A program made the translations under genes and the position numbers. A DNA stretch of 64,000 bases from an uncultured Chthonomonadaceae bacterium (GTDB taxonomy: Bacteria; Armatimonadota; Chthonomonadetes; Chthonomonadales; Chthonomonadaceae), in contig CAWIEK010000024.1 in NCBI GenBank assembly GCA_963835065.1, forward strand, positions 1-64,000, in the 5' to 3' direction. The notes under the pieces were generated by a model. That model saw nothing but the letters and a program-made list of their open reading frames with translations, had not been told where the DNA came from and did not search any database. Shown here piece after piece: positions 20,601-29,570 of this stretch; position 1 is the first letter of the stretch, and each line of letters starts with the position of its first letter.

Positions 20601-22844
20601 TTTATCCGAACGGAATTGCAGCGGCAGACCGTGTACGGCGACGGCCTGCTGGCGTTCCGGCGCTACGCGCAGGGCGTCCTTTCGCCCGACGAGACTTACG
20701 GGGCGCTGTACCAGACCCTGCGCGAACGTCCCGACCTATGGCATGCCTGGTCCGCCGCTATCGAGCAGTTGATTGACCTGGATCGCGCGCCCGAAGCCGA
20801 ACAGCTTGCTTTGCAGGCTACGTCGCGCTTCCCGCTCAACCCCGACTTGTGGCAGAATCTGGCGGCTGCGCGGGCGGCGCAGGCCAATATCGCAGGCGAA
20901 CAGGAAGCCCTGCGGCAAGCCTTGCAGATATTTCCGAGTTATGCGCCCGCCGCGCGGCAGTTGGCTGTCACCTTCCGGCGCATGGGGCAGTGGGACGAGT
21001 CGCGGCAAATTCTGGAAGGGATTCTGGCCCGTGACCCGCAGGATGCCGAAACCCTGTCCGGCATGGCGTACACGCTCTGGCAGATGGGAAAGCGCGAGGA
21101 CGCCCTGAAAATCACGCGCGATCTGACGCGCCTGGAGCCGGGGTATTCGTGGGCGTGGGAGGCATTGCACGACTGGTCGCAGCAGATGGGGCGGGGAAGC
21201 GAGGCCGAGGACGCCCTGCGCGACCTGACCCGTCGGCGTCCGGGCGAAGTGCGCTCATGGCTGATGCTGGCCCGCGCGCTGGATCGCCCCGACCTGCTGG
21301 ACGAGCGATTGGCTGCGCTGGACAAAGCCATCGCCCTCAACCCGCGCTGCTACGAGGCGTATTCCCTGAAAGCGCAATTGCTCACGGAAGAGGGCCGCTA
21401 CGATGATGCCCTCCGCGCCTGTCAATTGCCCGCCGGACAGCATACGCCAACGGGTTTGCGGGCGCGGGCTGCGTGGGTGACGGCGGAAAAGGGCGACCTG
21501 CGCGACGCCATGACGCAGATGCGTACACTGCTTGCCGACGATCCCAACTATCTGTGGGGCTGGACGCAGCTTGCGCGCTGGAGCCGCAGCCAGAACGCCC
21601 CAGACGTGTATCTCGAAGCCGCACGCCGTATGGTTGCCCTTGATCCGCAGGATTCTATTTCCCATACCTACCTTGCCGACGCCCTGAAACGGAGCGGCGA
21701 CAAGAACGGCGCGAAACAGGCGTTCTGGCGCGCGGTTCTCGTGTCGTCCGATGCGTCCTATGCGGGCGTGACGCTCTTCGAGATGCAGATGGAGGACGGG
21801 GAAATCGCGCAGGCGCAGCAGACCATTGATACGCTGTTAGGCCGCGCCAAAGAAGCCTGGACGTATGTACTCGCGGTTCGGCTGGCCCTGCACCACAAGG
21901 ACGAGCGACTGGCGGCGCAGTATCTTCACGCCCTGTGCCTGCTGCCGGGCGACATCAGCGATGATGTGGAGGAGGGGTTGGAGCGGCTGCAGGCGGCGGG
22001 CTATGCGCAAACCCTGACACACCTGTTGTGCCAATTGATTGAACAGCCGGACGCGCAGCCGATTGCAGCCTGGTTTTGGGCTAAGGATTGCGTACAGCAC
22101 AACGCCCCGAACGCCGAGTCGCGGCTGGACGGATTGTGCGCGCGGGGTGAAATCGGCATACGCGCCCTTGCCGGTTGGGTGGAAGCCTTAGCGGACGCGA
22201 AAAACAAGGAAGCGGTCAACAAGTTCGTCCATTTGCACCGCGCCGTATTGCGCCAACACGACCATTCGTGGGGCAGCGTGGCGTATGCGCTCACGTCCCT
22301 GCGACTGCACGACAAAACCGTAGAATGGACGCAGGACTGGCAGGCGCGGACGGATGCCCGCGCCTGGATGCTGCTCAACCGCGCCGTGTCCCTGCGCAAC
22401 CTGAACCGCGATGCCGAATCCACACAGGTAAGCCGCCATGCCGTCAGCCTGCGCCATGATAACAGCACCCCGAAGCATACGCTCTGGCTGGCTTCCGATG
22501 CCGCGCTTGCCGGGGAAACCGCGTCCGCGCAGCAGTCTCTCAGCCGCGTGGAATTGGCAGAGCAGCCGGCGTTTTACCAATTCCTGCATCATCTCGTCAC
22601 CGCGCTGGTAAAGGTGCAATCCTCGCCTCCTGCGGCGAAAGCGGGCGCGTTCGCGCAGGCGCGTCAGCACGTCCGGGACGCCATGAAAGCGTTCCCGGCC
22701 TTTGCGCAAAACACGCTGATGCAGCGCGTGTTCCCGCAACTCATCCGCAAAATCGCCCGTGACAGCAAGCAACCCCTCGCGCCCGCGTGGATGGCTGCGC
22801 AATGCCTGCTTGTCCTGCCCCTGCGCAAATGGAAGCCGCGCTGA
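17634..22844 (+). CDS. Giant TPR protein with an internal C39-like peptidase domain
   Basis: RQHHMTCAPATL (Q/C), HLQAVIGYD (H) and LIRDP (D), flanked by many TPR-like helical repeats. Confidence 0.85.
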   Translation: MSTLTISSPSPSLITDRSRLSAAELECLRELVERGLYLQAYARLEPHLPLTRLRDAVSCDIAGRLAANLGDGDLADLLHLRAYRLDRNNPRARYGYARVVLSRKGPLAAWKTMNRLGEPDRSLPGVDADDAAEWCSLYGLVTGLLRDFDTAEAWLARAESLAPDNPWVWVERSSVLEHADRYEEGLQAAQRALELRPWYRAGIQAVAQSLTLLNRDDEALELLAEASERLESSVVTHQLLGMLLERQMYPEAARALDRFETLSPLAGRDYQQWMAGVRSDLAYHNGDLEATIRFAQETGSSFFERVAANMQAAPPDAPRVQLPVGFVRQHHMTCAPATLATLGRFWEQPVDHLEIAADICYNGTPWHNERDWADKRGWTTRDFRVTWDSARALLDRGIPFTLTTAGPGYAHLQAVIGYDARRGTFLIRDPYARNVGEAMAEGLLQSLRSIGPTGMALVPPAQAHLLDGLTLPDSDLYDGYYRVSRALVRHDRAAAWTAFEAMQEADAEHTLTIQARRAIASYDEDVAEILACTQRLEARYPEDANLKLAHVSCLHRLSRREERLELLQTLCRRASLAGIGEESENANAESGETAERGAEAAVASVSGNDSAALSVRFSLAMAAPLFWEQYAQELADDAREHDRAILLLKRSIRRQPTDAGSLFILANILWDRQEFQEAFGLYRFAACLENTNENLSRAYFAAARYLRQTESALEFLRNRFQRLGKQSALPAHTLYAALTELDRQPEAFAVLEQAMRRRPDDGEMLLFASRQRARHNQLTEAQSLLEAARDKAPRLDWLRTQASTAGHANDTAQALACWREVLTLAPLALDAHEAVANLLLQTAGPGAVQQHFEAVSARFPHHCALHQQWAKWMRGHDLEHDSAAHERVLLHLIEIDPADAWARREIAHLLGDLNRVEEALVHAEHALVLEPNNTNGYAVFGDLCGESGRWDAARDHYRRAIALSVDNDYALGRFVSACDTPAQKRESLHFIRTELQRQTVYGDGLLAFRRYAQGVLSPDETYGALYQTLRERPDLWHAWSAAIEQLIDLDRAPEAEQLALQATSRFPLNPDLWQNLAAARAAQANIAGEQEALRQALQIFPSYAPAARQLAVTFRRMGQWDESRQILEGILARDPQDAETLSGMAYTLWQMGKREDALKITRDLTRLEPGYSWAWEALHDWSQQMGRGSEAEDALRDLTRRRPGEVRSWLMLARALDRPDLLDERLAALDKAIALNPRCYEAYSLKAQLLTEEGRYDDALRACQLPAGQHTPTGLRARAAWVTAEKGDLRDAMTQMRTLLADDPNYLWGWTQLARWSRSQNAPDVYLEAARRMVALDPQDSISHTYLADALKRSGDKNGAKQAFWRAVLVSSDASYAGVTLFEMQMEDGEIAQAQQTIDTLLGRAKEAWTYVLAVRLALHHKDERLAAQYLHALCLLPGDISDDVEEGLERLQAAGYAQTLTHLLCQLIEQPDAQPIAAWFWAKDCVQHNAPNAESRLDGLCARGEIGIRALAGWVEALADAKNKEAVNKFVHLHRAVLRQHDHSWGSVAYALTSLRLHDKTVEWTQDWQARTDARAWMLLNRAVSLRNLNRDAESTQVSRHAVSLRHDNSTPKHTLWLASDAALAGETASAQQSLSRVELAEQPAFYQFLHHLVTALVKVQSSPPAAKAGAFAQARQHVRDAMKAFPAFAQNTLMQRVFPQLIRKIARDSKQPLAPAWMAAQCLLVLPLRKWKPR

Positions 22845-22953
22845 ACGGGGCAGTACATGCCTTCACCACAGAGGCACAGAGACACAGAGGGGTCACAGAG
22901 AGTTTCAGGAGGAGACCCTGTATAGTGGCTATGGTCTGACGAACCCTCACATT

Positions 22954-23400
22954 TTAAGTTGACAAACGGAACTGTGGCGGGAACTCTTCTCTTCGCGCAA
23001 ACAAGCGCCGTACGTAGCGGAGGGTGAACTGAAACAAGCTCACCTGCGGCTTGTGGCTGCGGTCTACTTCGCGGCGCTTGCCCTGCGCTTCGCGTTCACC
23101 TCCCAAAAACAGCGTCCACGTATAGGCCATACACACCCCCATGACCAGGGCTTCCACGCGCTTCTTGTGTTGCAGATGGGTTTTGTCCAGCCGAAAGCCT
23201 GGCTCCTTGAAGTCCCGAAACCTCTCTTCAATCCAGAAGCGTCGCCCACAGCGGTTGAGATTGTCCTTGCCAACAGGCAAGTTCGAGAGCAAGTAGCAGG
23301 GTTCCTCTTTCGGATCAAGACGGCTCCCCCCGCAGTTAGACGCAAACGCCCCGACAGGGTATCATAATTCGTACAAGACCGCTTCATGGTTGACCTCGGT
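22954..23400 (-). mobile_element. IS4-superfamily transposase C-terminal remnant
   Basis: LLSNL...RRFWIEERFRDFKEPGFRLDKT signature; N-terminus missing and frame broken. Confidence 0.75.
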
Positions 23401-23679
23401 GAGCATGTGGGCTGGCGCTTACGTTCTACCAACTTTGTCACCGAAACGGTCTTGTTCCATTATCACTTTATCACTTTTTCTGAAGGTTGGTCAGCTGAAT
23501 TCCTTTATTATAGCGATAGCTCAAGTGTGAACCATTGGGAAGCCAGCGCACAGTGCCAGGTGAAGAGTAGTGACCGGTTTTGATTTCAAGGCCCGGAGGC
23601 GTTCAAATAGCGCGTAGCTCTTTTCCATCCAGATTGGATACATACAGGAGCGGTGTTCGGTCAATGTAATCGAACCAGT

Positions 23680-23915
23680 TCCGGTCGCAAGGAAGTGAAC
23701 GCGCCTCCGGCGTATACGAGCCAGGACTGTTCCGGGTGTGGGTATCGCGTTCCCAAAACACTTAAAGAGCGCGTCCATATCTGCCCGTGCTGTCCTCTCG
23801 TCCTTGACAGAGACGTGAACGCGGCACGGAACATTCTCAAAATCGCTGTGGGGCAACACAGCGTTCCTGCTTGACAGGAGAGAAGCCCCGACGTTTACGC
23901 CTGGGGAGTTGTCAC
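23680..23915 (+). mobile_element. tnpB: IS200/IS605 remnant: tnpB 3' end plus right end
   Basis: PAYTSQDCSGCG...CPCC...DRDVNAARNIL, followed by GAAGCCCCGACGTTTACGCCTGGGGAGTTGTCAC (hairpin ending in TCAC). Confidence 0.85.
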
Positions 23916-24277
23916 AGGCTTCGCGGAGGTATTCATCCCAATCCATCCGGGTTCCTTCTTGCGGCATTACGGCACAAGAGCTATTCAGTAAACCTCGTCT
24001 ATGGGTACGTTGCCCCACTGTATAAGCCGCAACATGGCTTCACGAAATGCGCTCACAGATACGAGCCAAACACATTAACGAGGCCCGTAATGGTGTCCTC
24101 GTCAATATCTTTGCGGACGCGCTGACGCTCCAGGAGCGCATCTACAATGGCCTCCCAAAAACTCTGGTCATGGGCGTGGCTATCCTCTTCAAAGAGTATC
24201 TTGTGCGGCAGACACGACACCACATCTAAGAGCAATACCGTTCAAATAAGGCACTTTTCACCTCAAAAAGAACATTG

Positions 24278-24344
24278 TAGGGACACAACTTGTTGTGTCC
24301 GCGCTCTCATCTACCGGAAGAGGACACAACAAGTTGTGTCCCTA
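24278..24344. repeat. GTAG-type REP doublet; second doublet at 32735-32840
   Basis: GTAGGGACACAAC-TT-GTTGTGTCC ... GGACACAAC-AA-GTTGTGTCCCTAC. Confidence 0.85.
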
Positions 24345-24630
24345 CCAACGCTTATTTGAACGGTATTGCATCTAAGAGGGCAAGCATCCGCCCCGCCAGC
24401 GGTGTCCCTTCCACGTCGCGCAACACACGGGCAATGGCGCGGGCATGGCGCGCGGTACTTTTCTTGCGGGGCGAGGGAGAGTTGCTCATGGCTTGTGTCT
24501 ACAATACGGTTGCAAAAAAGTCCTGCAACCGCCGCCCAAATAGTTCCGGCAAGCGCCAAAATAGTTCTCACAAGGTCTTGACAAAACTTTCTAGACCTTA
24601 ACTTGTAACTGATGAGGTTAGCAGTTTCCC

Positions 24631-25275
24631 CTATAAAATCTGGCAGGCTTCCTCAAAATCCAGGCGCGGGTTGCGCGGATACAGCTTCGACGGGTCGCCG
24701 TGTCCGAGATTGCACACAAAGTTGATTTTCCACTTGCCGTCGGGGAAGAATTCGGCGTTGACTTTATTCGCGTCGAAGCCGGACATCGGGCCGCAGTCCA
24801 GGCCAAGCGCGCGGGCGGCGAGTATCAGGTACGCGCCCTGCAAACTGCCGTTGCGAAACGCGGCGTCGGCAATCACTTCCGGCTGGCCGGCAAACCACGA
24901 ACGGGCATCGGCTTGCGGAAACAGCCTGGGCAAGTGTTCGTAAAACTCCATGTCGTAGGCAACGAGGGCGACAACGGGAGCCGTGCGGGATTTTTCCACG
25001 TTGTTGGCGGACAGGGCGGGCAGGACGCGGGCTTTGGCCTCCTCGCTCGTCAAAAACAAAACGCGCATCGGGCAGCAGTTCGCGCTCGTCGGCCCCCATT
25101 TCAGCAGGTCGTACAGTTCGCGCAGGGTTTTTTCGGAAACGGGTTCGGGCAGCCAGGCGTAGTTGGTGCGGGCCTGCCGAAACAAGACGTCAAGCGCATG
25201 TTCGTCAACGCGCGCATGGGTTTGTTCGTCTGTGTGCCGTGATGGTAATGTGGTGTCTATGGTCGCTGTCATCAT
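24631..25275 (-). CDS. rutE: Malonic semialdehyde reductase (RutE-like nitroreductase)
   Basis: [40 protein letters not shown] and RNPRL motifs. Confidence 0.88.
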   Translation of the reverse strand: MMTATIDTTLPSRHTDEQTHARVDEHALDVLFRQARTNYAWLPEPVSEKTLRELYDLLKWGPTSANCCPMRVLFLTSEEAKARVLPALSANNVEKSRTAPVVALVAYDMEFYEHLPRLFPQADARSWFAGQPEVIADAAFRNGSLQGAYLILAARALGLDCGPMSGFDANKVNAEFFPDGKWKINFVCNLGHGDPSKLYPRNPRLDFEEACQIL

Positions 25276-25442
25276 GAGATTCCTTTCTGATAATACATAC
25301 AAGGGCGCGTCAACTGCTGCCGGGGATTGAAAATCCCCGGCACGGTGTCGGCAGAGTGGAAACCACCCAAATATAATTCTATCTCATTGTACCTACGCTG
25401 TAGACAACCCTTGCTGCTCATTTATTCTGCGTTTGTGACCAA

Positions 25443-25477
25443 AAAGCGGCGATTATTCATAAAATAATCGCCGCTTT
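25443..25477 (-). terminator. Intrinsic terminator after the GH74 gene
   Basis: AAAGCGGCGATTATT / AATAATCGCCGCTTT stem followed by a T-run on the minus strand. Confidence 0.75.
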
Positions 25478-25499
25478 CTGCGCTGCTTCTGACCGTCAA

Positions 25500-27741
25500 T
25501 CACTTTCGCGCGGTTTGCCCGGTGGGAGCGGGATCGGCGTAGAGGATTCCCCTGCCGTTCGTGCCCAAATACACGCGGCCATAAATGCGAGGGTCGCCCG
25601 TCACGACCTGCCCGATCCAGCCGTACTGATGCCGGTCATCGTTGATGCGTACCCATGTTTTGCCGCCATCATCCGAGCGGAAAACGCCCGATACGTCATT
25701 CACTTTGCCGGTCAGATATAAGGCAGGGTAGGGTTGGCCGGGCGCGGCCTTGCCGAAGCCGATTGCGTCACCCGTCTGCGCGTCCGCCATTTTGGTAAAC
25801 GTCGCGCCGCCGTCCGTGGAGTGGAACAGGCCGCTTTCATACGCGGTCAGCCACAAATCGCCTTCCTGTCCCGATGTTGTTCGGATGCGACTGCGGCTTT
25901 TGGGCAGGTTCTCGGCTTTCGCGGCGAAGGTAACGCCGCCATCCGCGCTGGCGTACAGTTTGCCTTCCGCCGAATCATAGGCGTAAAAGCGCGACGGGTT
26001 GACGCGATCTGAAACCACGTTGACGCGGGCGGGAAGCCCCTTGCAGGCCGTCCATGCCGCGCCCCGATTGGTGGAAACATGCGCCTGCCCGTTTTGCGGC
26101 GTCCAGACGAGCGTATTGCCGTCGGCGGACAGGGCAATTGCGCCCCCGCCCCGGCTTTGTGGCGGCGCGGCGGCAAACGGCGTCCATGTCGACCGCGCCA
26201 TCCGTTGAAAACGCGCCCAACGTACTCCTGTCGCCCCTGCCCACTCGCGCCATCAAATTCGGATTTTGAGCCGCATAGTCCAGGCTGTCCGTATTGCTGA
26301 GAATGGGGTTTGTCCAGATGCCGTTGCGCGGCGCAACCGTTAAATCATCGTGCCGGAAGCCGCCGATGTCACCCAACCCGCTGACCAGATGCGGCCCGCT
26401 CGCCGGGCTTATCAAATCAATTACGGCGGTTTCTTCCAAACCCTGCGCGGCTACCGTCCAATGCGTCGGCTGATTGTTGTCGGCGGCATTGGCATCGTCA
26501 CTGCCCCAGATCGTTGCGCCCGTGCCATATAAAACATGGCCGGGATGGAAGGGGTCAATGGCAAGCGCCCCCATCCAGTGCCCCATGTCGGCTGTGCCCC
26601 GGTTCCAGTTCAGGAACGGAGACGCGGAACTGTCGCGGACGGACTTCGCTTTCAGCGCGTTCCACGTTTTGCCGCCGTCCACGCTGCGAAACAGGTCATC
26701 GCCCGTACTCCACTTGTCCATCGTCGTGACCATCAGGGTTCCGGGATGCTGCGGGTCGAGCGCAAGTCCCGCATAGCCGAAATTGCCCGCGCCCGCGCTG
26801 CCGGGTTTCAGGGGCGTGATGTTCGTCCATGTATCCGTATTGGTGTCATATTTCCACACAGCCCCATCGGTCATGTTGTTGGGACCGGGCGCGTTGCCAT
26901 ACGTGAGGATTAGGGAGCCGCTTTTGTCCAGAACGCCGTGATGCGGCAATAAGCCGGACGGCTGGCCGGGAACCGCTTCCCATGTTTTGCCGCCGTCCCT
27001 GCTGCGGTACAAGTTTACGCCTGGAGCCGACACGCCGACGTAAACAGTTTGCGAACCTTTGCCCCCTGCCGCGTTGCGAGGATCAAAGACGACAAAGCCG
27101 ATGCCGATGCCATTGGTTCGCTCGCCAACAGGAAAACTTTCCACTTTGCTCCACGCCGCGCCGTAATCGTCGCTGCGCCAAAGCCCGTCATGCCGCGAAC
27201 CAAAATAAAGGACGCTGTTTTTGCCGGGGTCAACCGCCAATCGTTCGCCAATGGAACGCCCGTCCTCGTTGCCGCCCATTTTGAACGGCATATCGGTACG
27301 CTGCCATGTTCGCCCCTGATCCACAGAGCGCAAAATCGCGCCCTTGCTCGCCCACGACTGCGTGTACGTGCCGACAGCAGCGTACACCCGCCTTGCATCC
27401 GTGGGGTCGGGCGCGATGCTTTCCACGCCCATCAAATTTCCTTCCGCCTGCCCGATCCAATCCATCAGTGGAGTCCAGCGCTTTGTGTCAGGGTTCCAGC
27501 GGTACGCGCCGCCAATATCCGTGCGGGCATACAAAACATTGGCCTGTTTGGGACTGAACACGATCCCCGACACAAACCCGCCGCCAACAATCTCCACATT
27601 TTTCCACACGTAGGGTACAGAAGTTCCCCGTTTTGCCGTTTTCGCCTCGTCCGCCCTGCCGCAAACCGGAAGCGTCAACGATCCGCTCCACAGCAGCCCG
27701 CCCAACGTAAGGGGAAGCAGCCGCATCGCCTGTTTGTTCAT
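25500..27741 (-). pseudogene. GH74 xyloglucanase, split by a frameshift near 26190-26200
   Basis: GGGFVSGI...YARTDIGGAYRW, LGDIGGF, Asp-box SxDGGxTW repeats and GDPRIYGRVYLGTNGRG; the two ORFs overlap at STDGA/STWTPF. Confidence 0.9.
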
Positions 27742-27843
27742 TTCTTCCTCCCGAATGTTTCTTTCATTCTCTCACAATTTTAACAGGCAACACAAGCAAA
27801 TTTGTGTTGAACTTACACTTCCCTGTTAGTGTGGACTTGTGAA

Positions 27844-27954
27844 AACAGCCGCCTGCCCCACTAAACAGAGTATCGCTGAAAATTCGTAGTTATTGTATGT
27901 CTATCAACTACGAACTATCAACTATCAACTGTTTACAGGAAGCAGGCGGCTGTT
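27844..27954. repeat. Terminator-like outer stem enclosing a TATCAAC heptamer element
   Basis: AACAGCCGCCTGC / GCAGGCGGCTGTT, with inner pairs TAAACAG/CTGTTTA and TTCGTAGTT/AACTACGAA. Confidence 0.75.
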
Positions 27955-27978
27955 TGTTACATATCCGCTGTCAGGCTA

Positions 27979-28200
27979 TTATTGGGTTGGGGCGGGCATC
28001 TTCGCGCCGGCTTTCCCTTTTTCGGCTGCCGCCTCCATTTGCTTGCGGGCATCCGGGGGCATTTTACTGGCGTCGCCGCTGAAAATTTTACGCTCGTCGG
28101 CGTCCTTCATGCCGCTGTCCGAGTGGGAGCAGCCGGTGAGCAGACCTGCCAGGCCGCAGAAGAGGCCGCAAACAGCCAGCATCTTTGCAGTTCGTTTCAT
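27979..28200 (-). CDS. Small lipoprotein
   Basis: LLTGC lipobox, GAGG RBS, follows a DUF1559 gene. Confidence 0.8.
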   Translation of the reverse strand: MKRTAKMLAVCGLFCGLAGLLTGCSHSDSGMKDADERKIFSGDASKMPPDARKQMEAAAEKGKAGAKMPAPTQ

Positions 28201-28321
28201 AATCAGACTTCCTCTGCTTTCTCAACAAATGCTTTCTAAACAAAATCAGGGTTCAAAAACGACTTCGGGGTTCGTCGGCCATTCTCAACGTGGGAACACC
28301 GAAATCGTTTTTGCGCGATTG

Positions 28322-29188
28322 CTACGGGCGGTTGGTATTCCACATGTTGTTCTGCGGCTGATTGGTCGGGTCCGGGTTGGTGTTCGACGGCTTCATGGAC
28401 TTTACGTGTCCATCGCAGAAAGCGAAGTTCGCCATGCCCGTATGATGCGCGGAAACGCCGCCGTTTTTGCCCAGCCCAAAGGTGGTCGAATCCGCCTGTG
28501 TGCCATCGGGAATTTGCTGTTCGCCCCAGCCGCCGCCATAGTATTGTCCCGCAATCACGCACTGCGGCCCGAAGCCGGAAACCTGATCGAAGGTTCCGAA
28601 GGAGGGCGTTGCCGTATTGCCGGCCTGCGCGTCACTGGCAAACTTCTCGGTCAGCAGTATGGATTCGGCGGCGCGCTGGATTTTCGCGTTCGTGGCGGAA
28701 GCGGTAGACAGCCAGCCCGGATCGTAGCCGGACGTCGCCATGACGCCCGCTTCGGAAAAGGAATTGTTCACCCAGTTGCCATAGTAGCCATTGGCGGCAT
28801 AGGAAATGAACACGCCTTCCCAGGGATAGTTGGGCGGGGCGGGGGCGGCACCGTTGAGGCCATCATCCGGGCAATGGAACACGCCCAGGTTCTTAATGTA
28901 CGGCTGTACGCGAACCGGCCAGCCGCTGCCGACCCAGCCACTGGCCTGGTCGAAGCCGAGCGGGAAGGTTTCGTCATAGTCCTGAACGTACTGCAAAATG
29001 CCGAGCGACAACTGCTTTTCGTTGGAAAGGCAGGACGACTGGCGGGCTTTTTCGCGCGCCTGCGCGAAAACCGGGAACAGAATGGCCGCTAGGATCGCGA
29101 TAATGGCGATCACGACGAGCAATTCAATCAGCGTAAAGCCTTTGGCGGCGGGGCGGGGCAATACGGAACGGCGAGAATTCGAATTCAT
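28322..29188 (-). CDS. Prepilin-type N-terminal cleavage / DUF1559 H-X9-DG protein
   Basis: [54 protein letters not shown]. Confidence 0.93.
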   Translation of the reverse strand: MNSNSRRSVLPRPAAKGFTLIELLVVIAIIAILAAILFPVFAQAREKARQSSCLSNEKQLSLGILQYVQDYDETFPLGFDQASGWVGSGWPVRVQPYIKNLGVFHCPDDGLNGAAPAPPNYPWEGVFISYAANGYYGNWVNNSFSEAGVMATSGYDPGWLSTASATNAKIQRAAESILLTEKFASDAQAGNTATPSFGTFDQVSGFGPQCVIAGQYYGGGWGEQQIPDGTQADSTTFGLGKNGGVSAHHTGMANFAFCDGHVKSMKPSNTNPDPTNQPQNNMWNTNRP

Positions 29189-29315
29189 AGTTCTTCCTCT
29201 AAATTTAGTTTTTCAACTGGCGCTGTTGCGCGACGAAAACGCTCATGGCGCGGCTGCCGATAATGCAAGGCAATACATTGCTGTAGGGCTTCGCTGCGCG
29301 TAGGGTGTTAAGACT

Positions 29316-29343
29316 ATTATACAACAGTTTAGCGACAATGCAA
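29316..29343 (-). promoter_or_regulatory. Putative sigma70 promoter
   Basis: TTGCAT-16-TATAAT. Confidence 0.55.
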
Positions 29344-29500
29344 GTCTATTTTTGCCAATTTAGCGTTAAATCTTTTGCATGGATTGTCACAACTCTGCTT
29401 GCTTCAACGTTCAGCCACGATCTGCGAATTGTAGCATTCAACGCTTGCACACGCATATCTGCTGCTTGTAAATACTGCTATTTGTACCTGATACTAAACG

Positions 29501-29534
29501 AGAGCGGACGCGCTTGTGATTGCGCGTCCGCTCT
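29501..29534 (-). terminator. Hairpin downstream of yicI
   Basis: AGAGCGGACGCGC / GCGCGTCCGCTCT. Confidence 0.65.
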
Positions 29535-29570
29535 TCTTATCCGTCCCTTTGCAAACAGGAACGCTTTTGT

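Noticed and set aside
23521..24235. ORFs 23521-24018 and 24053-24235 as intact genes
   Set aside because: They span the tnpB remnant or end in stops mid-region; more likely fragments of one decayed gene of unknown identity.
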